A stretch of DNA of 64,000 bases from positions 9,972 through 73,971 of the IMG/VR virus record IMGVR_UViG_3300032893_000028. One strand, 5' to 3'. The stretch is from a virus. The stretch's first letter is position 1, and the number at the start of each line of letters is the position of its first letter. A program made the translations under genes and the position numbers. The notes beneath the pieces were generated by a model, which saw only the letters and a list, made by a program, of their open reading frames with translations, searched no databases and was not told where the DNA came from. Below are positions 9,009 to 20,013 of this stretch, one piece after another.

Positions 9009-11036
9009 ATGGCCGCACGAGTCACAGCGCTCACCGTCAACGTCGGGACCGCGCAAGAGCTCGAGGTAGCCCAGGGCGAGGACCGCGACTTCCAGCTCCT
9101 GTTCAAGGACGGCGGCGTCGCGGTCGATATGACCGGCGCGCTCGCCGTCGTCCTGTCGGTGCGCGACGCGCAGGGCGTCCTCCTTTTCGCCCGCATGTAC
9201 ACGGGCTTCGTCGGCGGTGACCCGACGAGCGGCAACGTCATCTTCTCCGTCCGCTCGACGGACACGATCGAGAAGTCCGCCGGGCCGTATACGGCCGACG
9301 TCGTCCTCACCCGCTCGGACAGCTCGCGCGAGCAGCTCCTCGTCTCGTCCCCCTTCGTCGTCCTCACGTCCGAATCCCTATTCGCCGACGTCGTCACCAC
9401 GCCGCCGGCCGTGCCGCTCGTCTTCGGCCTCAACTGGCTCGCCGGCTTCTGGTCGGGCGGGACGTCCGGCTACAACCTCAACGACGCGGTGCAGGCGTAC
9501 GATCCGACGCTCGGCGCCACCGCCGTGTCGACCTTCCGCGCCACCGCGCAGGGCATCACCCACGCACCGATCAACGCCAGCCTGCTCCAGGTAGCGACGG
9601 GGTGGGCCTACGTTGGCCAGCACGGCGGCGCGGGCGCCACCGGGCCGACCGGTCCGCGCGGCGCGACGGGGCTGGGGACCACGGGCGTGACCGGGCCGAC
9701 GGGCCCGGCCGGCGTCACCGGCGCGACGGGGCCTACCGGCCCGCGGGGCAACACGGGTCCGACGGGCGCCGCCGGCCCTACCGGTGTCACGGGTGCGACG
9801 GGGCCGACTGGCCCCGCCGGGGCCACCGGCGCCACGGGTCCGACCGGTGCGCGCGGCGCCACCGGGGTCACCGGCGCGACGGGTCCGACGGGTCCGGCCG
9901 GCGTCACGGGCGCGACGGGACCTACCGGCGCCCGAGGAGCGACGGGCCCGGCGGGGGCCACAGGCGTCACGGGCGCGACGGGACCCACCGGGCCGCAGGG
10001 CGGCGTGGGACCCAAGGGCAACACCGGGCCCGCCGGTCCCGCGGGGGCCACCGGCGCTACAGGTCCGACCGGACCGCAGGGTGCCGCGGGCGCGCGCGGC
10101 AACACGGGGCCTACCGGACCGGCCGGCGCCACGGGGGCCACCGGACCTACGGGACCCGCGGGCTCCGTGGGCGCGCGCGGCAACACCGGCCCGACCGGGC
10201 CGGCGGGGGCCACCGGCGCAACGGGCCCGACTGGGCCCCAGGGCGCCACGGGGCCCGCCACCATCAACTTCACTGGATCGCCGACGTCGTTCGTCGCGCC
10301 CGGCGGCATGATCGTCGCCTCGCCTACGTCGCTGTCTCTGGGCATCGCCGGCGACGGGCCGACCGGGCTCGCCACGCTCTTCGTCACGGCCCAGCGCATG
10401 CGCATGGCGCAGGTCGCCGGGGTGAGTTCGCTCGTCAACCCGGCCTGGCAGATCGTGGGCGCCTCGCACCGCCTCGCGCCGTCGGGCACCGAGATCTTCG
10501 ACGTCAACATCGCGCTCAACGCCACGGTCGAAATCCTCGGCGGCACGGTCTCGCAGAACCGCTCGTTCATCCTGAGCCCGCGCACGATCGGCTTCGCCTC
10601 GGGCAGCTCGGGCACCGTGAACATGGCGGCCGCGCTCGCCATCAATGGCGCGCCTATCCCGGGCACCGGGGCGGCCTTTCTCGACTCGGCGGCGTTGTGG
10701 GTGCAGACGGGCATGGCCCGTCTCGACGACCGGCTCAAGATGGGCGCGTCGGGTACCAAGCAGCTCTGGGCGGGCTCGCTCTTCCCGGGCGCCGCCAACC
10801 AACCGCTGGCGATCGGCCCGACCAATACGGCCTGGCTCGGCCTCGGGCCCACCAGCGCCGCGCTCGGCTTCTTCGGCGTCTCGGGCTGCTTCCAGCCCTC
10901 GGGCGCCGGCGTCACGGGCGGCGCCACCGGCACCACCTTCTTCGACGCCCGCTCCAACGGTGGCACGGGTAGCCAGTACTACACGCACGCCGACCTCGTC
11001 CTCGTCTTCAAGCGTCTCGGCCTACTGGCCACGTAG
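9009..11036 (+). CDS. Collagen-like fibre protein 1 (BppU-like N-terminus, long G-X-T tract)
   Basis: '[22 protein letters not shown]' head; GPT/GAT/GVT/GNT triplets at ~9633-10257. Confidence 0.85.
   Translation: MAARVTALTVNVGTAQELEVAQGEDRDFQLLFKDGGVAVDMTGALAVVLSVRDAQGVLLFARMYTGFVGGDPTSGNVIFSVRSTDTIEKSAGPYTADVVLTRSDSSREQLLVSSPFVVLTSESLFADVVTTPPAVPLVFGLNWLAGFWSGGTSGYNLNDAVQAYDPTLGATAVSTFRATAQGITHAPINASLLQVATGWAYVGQHGGAGATGPTGPRGATGLGTTGVTGPTGPAGVTGATGPTGPRGNTGPTGAAGPTGVTGATGPTGPAGATGATGPTGARGATGVTGATGPTGPAGVTGATGPTGARGATGPAGATGVTGATGPTGPQGGVGPKGNTGPAGPAGATGATGPTGPQGAAGARGNTGPTGPAGATGATGPTGPAGSVGARGNTGPTGPAGATGATGPTGPQGATGPATINFTGSPTSFVAPGGMIVASPTSLSLGIAGDGPTGLATLFVTAQRMRMAQVAGVSSLVNPAWQIVGASHRLAPSGTEIFDVNIALNATVEILGGTVSQNRSFILSPRTIGFASGSSGTVNMAAALAINGAPIPGTGAAFLDSAALWVQTGMARLDDRLKMGASGTKQLWAGSLFPGAANQPLAIGPTNTAWLGLGPTSAALGFFGVSGCFQPSGAGVTGGATGTTFFDARSNGGTGSQYYTHADLVLVFKRLGLLAT
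9633..10257 (+). repeat. Collagen triplet repeat (roughly 70 Gly-X-Y, Y mostly Thr)
   Basis: Direct translation. Confidence 0.9.
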
Positions 11037-11097
11037 CCCACAGCGCGAAAATTTTCGCCTTGCGCTGATTCTGCGCGCCGTGACACATTCGAGTCAC

Positions 11098-11457
11098 GTG
11101 GCGCCGTTTCCAGATTTTCTCGACGAGAAAGAAGACTATGAGGGGGCGGACCTCACCAAGAACAAGGTCGTGCACGTCCGGCTGCTCCCCATTACGTGGG
11201 TGTGGGTGCGATACGAGGCGCGGCGCTGCAAGCTGCGGCCCTCCGAGTGGGTGCGCGAGGCCATCCTCAACTACGACGATGAGGCCGCCACCGATTTGAT
11301 CATCAAGGACAAGGTGCTGCACGTGCGCGTGGACAGCGAGCAGTGGGCGCACCTGCAGAAGGCGGCCCGGGGGGCGGACCGGCGCGCCGCCGACGTCATC
11401 CGCCGGGCCATCAACCAGCGGCTGCTCGCCAGCGGCGACGACAAGGGGAAGAAATGA
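11098..11457 (+). CDS. Tandem ribbon-helix-helix DNA-binding protein
   Basis: Two repeats: KNKVVHVRL...SEWVREAI and KDKVLHVRV...ADVIRRAI; GTG start. Confidence 0.7.
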   Translation: MAPFPDFLDEKEDYEGADLTKNKVVHVRLLPITWVWVRYEARRCKLRPSEWVREAILNYDDEAATDLIIKDKVLHVRVDSEQWAHLQKAARGADRRAADVIRRAINQRLLASGDDKGKK

Positions 11458-14231
11458 GCATCGAGCTCTCGATCGCGATCATCGCCAAGGACGAGGAGCA
11501 GAATCTGGACGCGGCCCTCGCCTCCGTCAAGGGGTGCGCCGACGAGATCATCGTCGTCGACACGGGCTCGACCGACAACACGACGGCGGTGGCCGAGCGC
11601 CACGGCGCGCGCGTGGCGCTGTTCACGCCCGAGACCGACCCCGACGCGTTCTTCCGCGACGACGAGGCGACCTGCGCCGCCTTCGGCGTGCCGCCGCCGT
11701 ATTCGGGCGAGGTCATGCTGGGGGACTTTGGCGCCGCCCGGCGCAAGTCCTTCTCGCTGGCGCGCGGCGAGTTCGTCTACTGGATGGACTCGGACGACGT
11801 GGTCGAGGGGGCGCCGAACCTGCGCGGCATCGTGCAGCAGATGCGCGCGGCCAACCTGGACCTCGGCTTCCTCGCCTACGACTACGCGCGCGACGCCCAG
11901 GAGCGGACCTTCTACCGGCAATGGCGCGAACGCGTCGTGCGCGCCGGCGCCGCCGTGTGGGTCAACCCCGTGCACGAGGTGCTCATGCCGACGCGCCCGG
12001 TGCAGTCGGCGCGCTTCGAGGGTGTGCTCAACGTCCACCGGCGCAAGGTCGACCGCAAGTCGGTGCCCAACCGCAACTACAAGATCCTTCTCCGCCAGCT
12101 CGCGCGCGACCGGGCGACCGGCGCCGTGGTCGACCCGCGCACGCTCTTCTATCTCGGGCAGGAGGCGCGCTGGATCGAGCCGCACAGGTCGCGTGAGTTC
12201 TACGAGGACTACCTCAAGCGATCAGGCTGGTGCGAGGAGCGCGCGGCGGCGCACGTGGCGCTCGGCTCGATGTACGAGTTCGGCCAATTCGGCGGAACCC
12301 CCGAGGAGTCCTACGCCAAGGCCGATATGCACTTCGCCGCGGCGGCGGCGGAGATGGCCGACAACCCCGACGGGTTCTTCGGGCTGGCGCGCATCGCGTA
12401 CCTGCGCGGACGTTACGCCGACTGCGTCTCGTACACCGAGCGGGCGCAGAAGATCGGCAACACCGAGTCCATGCTTGGCGCCAACCCGCTCGACCGCACC
12501 TACCGCCCGCACGTCTACCTCAACCACGCCCTGGCTAAGCTCGGCCGAACCGAGGAGGCGATCGCGAGCTGCGAGGCCGCGCTCAAGGTGTGCCCCGAGG
12601 ACCCGGGCGTCCCCGGCGGCGCGCCGGGCATGATCAAGCACAACCTCGCCGTCTACCAGGCCGAGCTCGCCGCGCGCCGCGCGCCGGCTGCGCCCGCGCC
12701 CCAGAAGGCCATGGTCGAGTTCACCAAGTTCGAGGACCTCGACGCGCCGCCCGTGCAGCAGAACCCCGACGCCTATGTGATTTACGCCATGCAGCTCTGG
12801 AAGCAGTGCGCGGCGTGCGGCGACGAGGCGGGCGCGCGCGGGGCGGTGGCGGCGGCGCGCTGGACGGGCGACGCGGTGGTCGAGCGCATGCGCGCGGCGA
12901 CGGAGCGGCGATGGCCGGCGCGCAATTCCCACATGGGCCCGACGCTCGATAGCTTCCTATGTGAAGAAGGAATCAAGGACGATGTCGACAAGCTAACGAA
13001 GATGAAGCTCGATGAAGTGAAGCTCTACGAGGCACGTGAAATCGTTCGGCAGTACAAAACCAACGATAGGCAGCGCGTCGCCTTCTGGGTCGGCCCCTCG
13101 GTCGAGCCCTGGGATCCGAACACGCCGAACACGCGCGGCATCGGCGGCAGTGAGACGGCGTGCGTCGAGCTGGCGCGCGAATTGGCCGCGCTCGGGCATG
13201 AGGTGACGGTCTACGGCGATTTACCGAATGGTGCGGCGCACCCGGTCGGGTACTCGATCGGCTTCAATGGCGTGCACTATGTCCATTGGCAGAACGCCCG
13301 CGCGCCCATCGAGTGCGACGTCTTCATCTCCTCGCGCCAGGCTGCCATCATGGAGCGCCCCGACGACGTGCGCGCGAGGGTCAAGCTTCTTTGGGTGCAC
13401 GACGTCAACGTCGGCCCCGACTCGCCGCAGATGCAGCGCTGGCTCCTCCGCTTCGACCGCGTCCTGTGCCTGAGCGAGTGGCACCGCGGGTACTTCCTAT
13501 CGTGCTACCCCGGCCTCGACCCGGCCAAGGTGCTCGTCACGCGCAACGGGATCGATCCTGCGCGCTTTCGAGTGAAGGGCTTCTCCGATGATGAAGGATT
13601 GCTGTTCAAGCAGAACCATCTCGTCTTCTCGTCGTCGCCCAACCGTGGCCTCGACACGCTCGTGCTCAACTTCCCGCACATCAAGGCGCGCGTGCCCGAC
13701 GCGGAGCTACACGTGATGTATGGGTTCGACACGTGGGAGGCGTTCGCGCGAGCGCGCGGCGACCAAGGCGAGCTCGAGCAAATTCGGCAGTTCAAACAAT
13801 TCCTGAGCGACCGCGCGCATCCGGGCAGTGGCATTCATCTACACGGACGAGTCTCGCAGCAGGTGCTCGCGGAAGCGCTCATGCGCGCCAAGATTCGACC
13901 GCACTGGACGCAGTTCACCGAGACGTCCTGCATCTCCATGATGGAAGCGATGGCGGCCGGCTGCGTGCCCATCGTCTCGCGCGTCGCCGCTCTCCCCGAG
14001 ACGGTGAAGCACGGCGTGTTCGTGGATACGCCGCAGCAATTCGTCGACGAGTGCGTGCGCCTCTTGACCGACGAAAACTACCGTCGCCCGATCGCGGAAG
14101 CGGGCCGGCAATACGCGCTCGCCAACTTGTCATGGAAGTCTCTGGCGGCGGAGTGGTCGGAGATGTTCAAGCGAGTCGATGGCGAGCTGGCGATGGACCC
14201 GCTGCCAAAGTACATGGAAGTTGGAAAGTGA
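11454..14231 (+). CDS. Multidomain glycosyltransferase GT2 + TPR + GT4
   Basis: 'IIAKDEE', 'VDTGSTD', 'WMDSDD', 'VHE', 'PRTLFYLGQE' TPRs, 'GIGGSE', 'SSPNRGL', 'ETSCISMMEAMAAGC'. Confidence 0.9.
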   Translation: MSIELSIAIIAKDEEQNLDAALASVKGCADEIIVVDTGSTDNTTAVAERHGARVALFTPETDPDAFFRDDEATCAAFGVPPPYSGEVMLGDFGAARRKSFSLARGEFVYWMDSDDVVEGAPNLRGIVQQMRAANLDLGFLAYDYARDAQERTFYRQWRERVVRAGAAVWVNPVHEVLMPTRPVQSARFEGVLNVHRRKVDRKSVPNRNYKILLRQLARDRATGAVVDPRTLFYLGQEARWIEPHRSREFYEDYLKRSGWCEERAAAHVALGSMYEFGQFGGTPEESYAKADMHFAAAAAEMADNPDGFFGLARIAYLRGRYADCVSYTERAQKIGNTESMLGANPLDRTYRPHVYLNHALAKLGRTEEAIASCEAALKVCPEDPGVPGGAPGMIKHNLAVYQAELAARRAPAAPAPQKAMVEFTKFEDLDAPPVQQNPDAYVIYAMQLWKQCAACGDEAGARGAVAAARWTGDAVVERMRAATERRWPARNSHMGPTLDSFLCEEGIKDDVDKLTKMKLDEVKLYEAREIVRQYKTNDRQRVAFWVGPSVEPWDPNTPNTRGIGGSETACVELARELAALGHEVTVYGDLPNGAAHPVGYSIGFNGVHYVHWQNARAPIECDVFISSRQAAIMERPDDVRARVKLLWVHDVNVGPDSPQMQRWLLRFDRVLCLSEWHRGYFLSCYPGLDPAKVLVTRNGIDPARFRVKGFSDDEGLLFKQNHLVFSSSPNRGLDTLVLNFPHIKARVPDAELHVMYGFDTWEAFARARGDQGELEQIRQFKQFLSDRAHPGSGIHLHGRVSQQVLAEALMRAKIRPHWTQFTETSCISMMEAMAAGCVPIVSRVAALPETVKHGVFVDTPQQFVDECVRLLTDENYRRPIAEAGRQYALANLSWKSLAAEWSEMFKRVDGELAMDPLPKYMEVGK

Positions 14232-14728
14232 GACCGACAGTAGACGAACGCTTCGACGCTAAATGGATACCAGAACCAAATACTGGGTGCTTTCTTTGGT
14301 TCGCTGCGCGCGACAAGGATGGTTACGGTATTTTCTGGGATGGCGAGAAGGACGCAAAAGCGCATCGTCATGCTTTAGAGAAAACAGGGGTTCATATTCC
14401 TGCGAATAAGCTGGTTTGTCATCGATGCGACACGCCTGAATGCGTCAACCCGGAGCATCTGTGGATCGGCACGGCAGGAGACAATAACCAAGATGCGGCG
14501 CGTAAAGGCCGTTCCGCGAGTGGAAATCGAAACGCTTCACGCGCGCGACCAGAAACGCGCCCGCGTGGCACTTCGCACTATATGGCCAAGCTCTCCGCGA
14601 ATGATGTCTTAGAGATTCGTAGACGTTTCGATGCGGGTGAAGCGCATAACTCAATAGCTCGTGACTTCGGCATCGGACGCAATAACGTCAGCGAAATCGG
14701 TCGCCGTAAGACCTGGAGGCATCTATGA
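14228..14728 (+). CDS. HNH homing endonuclease
   Basis: 'PNTGCFLW..DGYG', 'AHR', 'VCHRCDTPECVNPEHLWIGT..DN'; lower GC than flanks. Confidence 0.9.
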   Translation: MRPTVDERFDAKWIPEPNTGCFLWFAARDKDGYGIFWDGEKDAKAHRHALEKTGVHIPANKLVCHRCDTPECVNPEHLWIGTAGDNNQDAARKGRSASGNRNASRARPETRPRGTSHYMAKLSANDVLEIRRRFDAGEAHNSIARDFGIGRNNVSEIGRRKTWRHL

Positions 14729-15789
14729 GAATCCTCATCACCGGCGGCCTCGGCTGCATCGGCTCGCAGATCGCGCGCTCGTATCTCGACGAGAGGCACG
14801 AGGTCGTTCTCATTGACTCGTGCGAGGAAGCGCGCAACGAATGGATTTATCAAAAATTCATAAATTACGCCGATCAAACTACCGTGTATGTCGGACGCAT
14901 GGAGCATCGGGATACGGAATCGTGGATACATCAGATATTGCCTTCATGCGACGCTGTCATCCACGCCGCCGCGTCCACCGGCATCCCGCACTCGGCCTTG
15001 CACCCGGACGACGACTGGGCCTCGAACGTCGACGCCACCAAGGTGCTGCTCGACGCGCTCCGCGAGCGCCCCGTGCCGACGGTGGTGCTCTCTAGCGTGA
15101 AGCCTTATCGCACGACTTTCGGAGGCCCGGTCTGCGAATCTATCGACGGAGGGGGCATTCGTTTGCGCATGAACGCGTCGCAAGCGGACGAGATGCAAGC
15201 CCACGGCGGCCTCCGCGAGGACGACCCACTCGAGCCCGACGAGCCCTACGCCGCGTCGAAGGCGGCGCAGTCCATGCTCGCGATGGCCTGGGCGCGGTCG
15301 TACGACTTGCCCATCGTCACGCTGCGCTGCTCCAACCTCTACGGCCCGGCGCCGTGCCACGGCCCGCGCCATGGCTGGCTGACGTGGTTCTGCATCGCCG
15401 CCGCCATCGGCCGACCCATCGAAGTGCAGGGCGGTGGCGCGCAGGCGCGCGACATGCTTTTCGGCTCGGACGTCGCCGCGGCGTGCCGGGTGGCGCTCGC
15501 CAACGCGCCTGCGCTCGCCGGCAAGGTCTTCAACATTGGCGGCGGGCGCGCGAACGTGACTAGCGTGCGGCGCATGGCCACCAAGATCCAGGGCATGACT
15601 GGGTGCGAGGTGGTCGAGGGTCCCGGGCGCAGGCACGAGGATCAGCTCGTCTTCGTCGACCACTCGCGCTTCACGGAGGCGACGGGGTGGCGGCCGCTGG
15701 TCGACGTCGAGGAGGGTTCCGACCGCGTGCTTGCCTGGGCGGAGGAGAACGCGGATGAGCTCAAGAAGGTCTACGAGGGGGTCAAGTAG
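14725..15789 (+). CDS. NAD-dependent NDP-sugar epimerase/dehydratase
   Basis: TGGLGCIGS, HAAA, YAASK, NLYGP, RDML. Confidence 0.9.
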   Translation: MRILITGGLGCIGSQIARSYLDERHEVVLIDSCEEARNEWIYQKFINYADQTTVYVGRMEHRDTESWIHQILPSCDAVIHAAASTGIPHSALHPDDDWASNVDATKVLLDALRERPVPTVVLSSVKPYRTTFGGPVCESIDGGGIRLRMNASQADEMQAHGGLREDDPLEPDEPYAASKAAQSMLAMAWARSYDLPIVTLRCSNLYGPAPCHGPRHGWLTWFCIAAAIGRPIEVQGGGAQARDMLFGSDVAAACRVALANAPALAGKVFNIGGGRANVTSVRRMATKIQGMTGCEVVEGPGRRHEDQLVFVDHSRFTEATGWRPLVDVEEGSDRVLAWAEENADELKKVYEGVK

Positions 15790-15957
15790 ATGCGTGTTCT
15801 CGCGCTCTCGTATAACGCCCGTGGCGAGATGCTGAGGCGCTCGGGCGACAAGCTCATCGTGGTCCGTCTCGACAATGGCAAAACGGTCTATGAATCCGTC
15901 GCGCGATGTATCCCACAAGACGACGAGGCCAAGAAATTTCTAGCGGAGGGGAAATGA
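15790..15957 (+). CDS. Hypothetical 55-aa protein
   Basis: Frame abuts the epimerase stop and overlaps the next start. Confidence 0.5.
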   Translation: MRVLALSYNARGEMLRRSGDKLIVVRLDNGKTVYESVARCIPQDDEAKKFLAEGK

Positions 15958-16757
15958 GAAAGATCGGAATCGTGGGCGTCGGCTTCGTCGGCGGCGCCGT
16001 TTCGCGCTATTTCAAGGGGGACTCGCGCTTCGCCGTCGTCGAGCACGACCCGGCCAAGGGGCTCGACGGCGACCTGTCGGACGTCGACGTCGCATTCGTC
16101 TGCGTCCCGACGCCGTTCGGGCCGAGCGGCTTCGACGACTCCTACGTGCGCGCGGCGGTGGCGGCCATCCCTGGCTCCAAGGTGGTCGCGGTCAAGTCCA
16201 CCGTGCTGCCCGGCACGACCGACCGGCTGCAGGCCGACAACCCGCGCCACAAGGTGCTCTTCAACCCCGAGTTTCTGCGCGAGCGCTGCGCCTACGAGGA
16301 CTTCATCAAGCCCGACCGGCAGGTCGTGGGCTGCGGCGCCGACCAGGCCAACATCGCCAACGAGCTGCTCGACATCCTGCCGCCGGCGCCGTTCGCCACC
16401 ATCGCCACGCGCAAGCAGGCGGAGCTGGTCAAGTACTTCTCCAACTGCTACCTGTCCATGCGCGTCACCTTCGCCAACCAGATCTACGACATCTGCGACA
16501 AGCTCGGCGTGTCGTACGAGGAGGTCAAGCGCATGGCGGAAGCGGACCCGCGCGTCGGCGGGGGCTACCTGGAGGTCGCCACCGACGGCTACCGCGGCTA
16601 CGGTGGGACATGCTTCCCCAAGGATATGCGCGCGCTCATCCAGCTCGGCCGCGCGCTGGGCGCGCCGCAGCGCGTGCTCGAGGCGTGCGAGGACGTGAAC
16701 AACGACTTGCTACGCGCGGGCGGACGCGCGGAGTGGCTGCCGCCGAAGGAGAAGTAA
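15954..16757 (+). CDS. ugd: UDP-glucose/GDP-mannose 6-dehydrogenase family, short form lacking the C-terminal domain
   Basis: GVGFVG, VCVPTP, KSTV.PGTT, NPEFLRE, KYFSN, GYGGTCFPKD. Confidence 0.85.
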   Translation: MRKIGIVGVGFVGGAVSRYFKGDSRFAVVEHDPAKGLDGDLSDVDVAFVCVPTPFGPSGFDDSYVRAAVAAIPGSKVVAVKSTVLPGTTDRLQADNPRHKVLFNPEFLRERCAYEDFIKPDRQVVGCGADQANIANELLDILPPAPFATIATRKQAELVKYFSNCYLSMRVTFANQIYDICDKLGVSYEEVKRMAEADPRVGGGYLEVATDGYRGYGGTCFPKDMRALIQLGRALGAPQRVLEACEDVNNDLLRAGGRAEWLPPKEK

Positions 16758-16976
16758 ATGCGTCGCATCACGATCGCCGGCGAGAAGTGGTGGTGGGCCG
16801 TTCGTAAAGAGCCCGATTATTCGGAATACACGCCCTGTAATTTGCGCACTATGACGCTCCAGGGGCCCGACGGATATCGTCGATCGTTTACGCTCGATTA
16901 TGATACGTCGCCTGTGACGCCCTCAAAGGTGGCGAATATCATCCGCGAGAAGAAAGCGACTTGGCCATGCGTTTGA
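16758..16976 (+). CDS. Hypothetical protein
   Basis: 72-aa ORF tightly packed in the operon. Confidence 0.5.
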   Translation: MRRITIAGEKWWWAVRKEPDYSEYTPCNLRTMTLQGPDGYRRSFTLDYDTSPVTPSKVANIIREKKATWPCV

Positions 16977-17575
16977 ATCTCGCCTCGGGCACCGACATTC
17001 GCGACGGCTGGGTCAACCTCGACGTCGTCGAGAAGTGGCCGCTGGCGCGGCGCGGCTGCGATGTCGTCTGGGACGCGCGCTCGCAGGCCATCCCGTTTCC
17101 CGACGGCAGCGCCAACGAGATCTACGCGGGCTACCTCCTGCTCCATCTCGCGCCGCACCACCACGGCCGCGTGCTCGACGACATCCGCCGCGTGCTGCGC
17201 GTCGGCGGTCGGCTGGTCGTGGGCGAGGTGGACATGCGCGAGGTAATGCGCCGGTGGTTGGCCGACCCGCGCGACGCGCGGCTGGCGGAGCTGGTCTGGG
17301 GCGAGCAGGGCGCGTTGCCACCGCGCAACTGTCTCATCTGCCAGGCGTCCGAAGCGCGGATGCGGCATGAAGGCAAAATGGGCTATGTCATGTGCGGCGA
17401 ATGCCTGGCGCACGAGGAGCAGGCGCGCCTTGCCGACTTCGACAAGCATTGCCACGGCTACACCGAGGAGACGCTGCGCGAGGCGTTGGCGGCGCACGGC
17501 TTCCCGTTGGCGCGGCGGATCAACGTCCACGGGCCGGCCGTTTGGTACGAGCTCACCCTCGAGGCTTTCAAATAA
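16967..17575 (+). CDS. Class I SAM-dependent methyltransferase
   Basis: 'RLNLASG...GWVNLD', 'IPFPDGSANEIYA', 'RRVLRVGGRL'. Confidence 0.85.
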   Translation: MRLNLASGTDIRDGWVNLDVVEKWPLARRGCDVVWDARSQAIPFPDGSANEIYAGYLLLHLAPHHHGRVLDDIRRVLRVGGRLVVGEVDMREVMRRWLADPRDARLAELVWGEQGALPPRNCLICQASEARMRHEGKMGYVMCGECLAHEEQARLADFDKHCHGYTEETLREALAAHGFPLARRINVHGPAVWYELTLEAFK

Positions 17576-17755
17576 ATGGGTCGACATAAATCGAAAAATC
17601 CGAAGGAAACGCACATCGGCATTCGTGTCGATAAGGCGCTGGACGCGGCCATCACGGCCGAAGGGAAGCGAATCGAGCGCGAGTTAGGACTCACGCTCAA
17701 GAAGTCGGACATCGTGCGGATGCTGATTCAGCGCACATTGGGAGCTAAGCGATGA
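17576..17755 (+). CDS. Ribbon-helix-helix DNA-binding protein (59 aa, absent from ORF track)
   Basis: MGRHKSKNPKETHIGIRVDKALDAAI...KKSDIVRMLIQRTL. Confidence 0.7.
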   Translation: MGRHKSKNPKETHIGIRVDKALDAAITAEGKRIERELGLTLKKSDIVRMLIQRTLGAKR

Positions 17756-20001
17756 GTCCGTTTCTCAGCGTGATTGTGCCGACCTACCGCGCCGGCGGAA
17801 TCGACGTACTGCTCGACGCGCTCGCCGCGCAGAGCTACACCGACTTCGAGCTGGTGCTCGTCGACATGCTCAAGCGCCACCGCGCCGAGAAGGTGGCCGC
17901 GGAGGCGCGCGACCGGTTCCTGCGCGTCGTCCACGTCGAGCCCAAGCCCTCGCCGTTTCCGATCGCCAGCTACTGCGCCTGCGCCAACGTGGGGCTCGCG
18001 GCGGCGTCGGGCGAGGTGGCGCTCTTCCTGGCCGACTACTCGCGGCCGACGCCGGGCGCGCTGGCGGCGCACGCCGCCTTCCATCGCGCGGACAAGACGG
18101 CCGGGCGCGCCGGGCTCATGATGCCGCACCGGTACGTGGCGCTCGAGCTGGAGCCGCGCTTCAATCTGCGCTACGCAGCCTCGGATTGGGAGCGATACGC
18201 GCGTGATATCGAGCGCGGATATCTCGACCCGTGGATGATCTCGATCGGCCAGCCCTCCGAGCGCGCCGACGCGGGGCACGAGGTCGACGGCGGCGGGCGC
18301 GCGACGGCGGACGCCGACCCCAAGCTGCGCATGGCGGCCGGGCCGATCGACGCCAACTTCTTCCACGCCAAGTGCGAGTCGGTCCGGCTCGAGCGTTGCC
18401 TGGAGGTCAACGGCTTCGACGAGGACCTCGACGGCGGCCACGGCTACCAGGACTCCGACTTCGCGGCGCGGCTGTCGCTCAAGGCCGGCGTGCAGTGGAC
18501 GCTCGACCCGTCGCTCGCGTGCGAGATCGCCAACCCGCGCGGCGTGTTCCCGATGCTGCGCCGGCTGCGCGACGTGCGCGAGAACGAGGCGATCTGGCGG
18601 AGCAAGGCCGCCGCGGGCTACCCGCCGACCAACCCGCGGTGGAGCCTGCGCGAGCGCCGTGCTATTTTCCTGTCCCAGGGTTCCGGCGTCGTCGAGGGTC
18701 CACCCCCGACCTCCCCGCCGGCGGCGCCGGAGCCCCCTTTGACCTTCAGCATCAAGATGCGCGTCAATATGTCGCCGGAAGTCGTGGATGACCTCCGCGA
18801 GCGCGCCGCGAAGCGAGGAACGACACTGGACGAGGTCATGAAGACGGCCGGGGTTCCGCCACGCAGACTGCGCGTGGCGATGGTCTACGGCGAGTTCTCG
18901 ACGGCCATCCACGGCCCCTTCGACTTCGCCAAGCTGGGCGACGCGGCGCTCACGGGCAGCGAGGGCTCGTTCTTCAACCTCGCCCGGTCGCTGGCCGAGC
19001 GCGGCCACGAGGTGGTCGTGTTCGCCCCGGCCGCCGCCGCGCACCACCACGAGTCGGGCGCGCACATGCTGCCCATCAAGGCGATCCGCGGGCTGCCCTC
19101 CGTCCCCGGGCTCGACGCGGTGGTGGCGTGGAACGAGCCCGACTACCTGGCCCACGCGCCCAAGGGCGTCCTACGCGTCGTCAACCAGCAGCTCAACGAC
19201 TGGGGATACTGCAAGCCTGATTGGGGGAAGCTCGTCGACCACTTCGTTTTCCCGTCAAAATCATCGCAGGGAAATCACGAACAGTATATCGGTGACAGTC
19301 TTCGGCATCCGAAGTACGCCAGCGTCATCCCCAACAGCGTCGACCTCGACCTCTTCGAGCGCCACGCCGTCGAGCGCGTCCCGCACCGCGTCGTCTACTG
19401 CTCCTCGCCCGACCGCGGGCTGCACCACCTCCTGGCGATGTGGCCGGCGGTGCGCACGCGGGTGCCCGACGCCGAGCTCAAGATCTTCTACCGCATCGAG
19501 CCATGGCTGCAAGCCAACCTGCTCAATCCTAACGAGATCGGCCAGCGGGCGCGCTTCGTCGAGGAAGCGCTGCGGCGGCTCGGCCCGGCCCGGGGCGTCG
19601 AGGTCGTTGGCCCCGTGCCCAACCGCGAGATGGCGCGCCAGCTCCGCATGGCCTCCGTCCTGGCCTACCCGTGCGACCCGGTGCGCTACACGGAGGGCTT
19701 CGGCTGCTCGGTCCTCGACGCGTGCGCGGCGGGCTGCCTGCCGATCATCTCCGATGCCGACGCGCTGGCGGAGGTGCACGAAAGCGGAAGTGAAGTGATT
19801 GCGGGCAGACCAGGTGATCACATGCAAATCTGGATCGACACCATCACCAAGCATTTAGGGTACATCCCGCCGGAACATCCGAAGGGCGCGCCGTATTACA
19901 CCGATCGAGGAGATATCATGTGCGTGGCGTCGGTGCACGCCCAGACCCACAGCCGCCAGAAGGTGGCGGAGATGTGGGAGCGCCTCCTGTCGCGAACGTA
20001 G
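17752..20001 (+). CDS. Multidomain glycosyltransferase GT2 + GT4
   Basis: 'SVIVPTYR', 'FLADY', 'NGFDE...GYQDSD', 'TGSE', 'SSPDRGL', 'EGFGCSVLDACAAGC'. Confidence 0.9.
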   Translation: MSPFLSVIVPTYRAGGIDVLLDALAAQSYTDFELVLVDMLKRHRAEKVAAEARDRFLRVVHVEPKPSPFPIASYCACANVGLAAASGEVALFLADYSRPTPGALAAHAAFHRADKTAGRAGLMMPHRYVALELEPRFNLRYAASDWERYARDIERGYLDPWMISIGQPSERADAGHEVDGGGRATADADPKLRMAAGPIDANFFHAKCESVRLERCLEVNGFDEDLDGGHGYQDSDFAARLSLKAGVQWTLDPSLACEIANPRGVFPMLRRLRDVRENEAIWRSKAAAGYPPTNPRWSLRERRAIFLSQGSGVVEGPPPTSPPAAPEPPLTFSIKMRVNMSPEVVDDLRERAAKRGTTLDEVMKTAGVPPRRLRVAMVYGEFSTAIHGPFDFAKLGDAALTGSEGSFFNLARSLAERGHEVVVFAPAAAAHHHESGAHMLPIKAIRGLPSVPGLDAVVAWNEPDYLAHAPKGVLRVVNQQLNDWGYCKPDWGKLVDHFVFPSKSSQGNHEQYIGDSLRHPKYASVIPNSVDLDLFERHAVERVPHRVVYCSSPDRGLHHLLAMWPAVRTRVPDAELKIFYRIEPWLQANLLNPNEIGQRARFVEEALRRLGPARGVEVVGPVPNREMARQLRMASVLAYPCDPVRYTEGFGCSVLDACAAGCLPIISDADALAEVHESGSEVIAGRPGDHMQIWIDTITKHLGYIPPEHPKGAPYYTDRGDIMCVASVHAQTHSRQKVAEMWERLLSRT

Positions 20002-20013
20002 TAGAATCGCCCC

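Noticed and set aside
11454-20001. Glycosyltransferases as T4-like DNA glucosylation enzymes
   Set aside because: No hydroxymethylase or thymidylate-synthase-like partner is visible; the TPR domain and location among fibre genes favour protein acceptors, though DNA is not formally excluded
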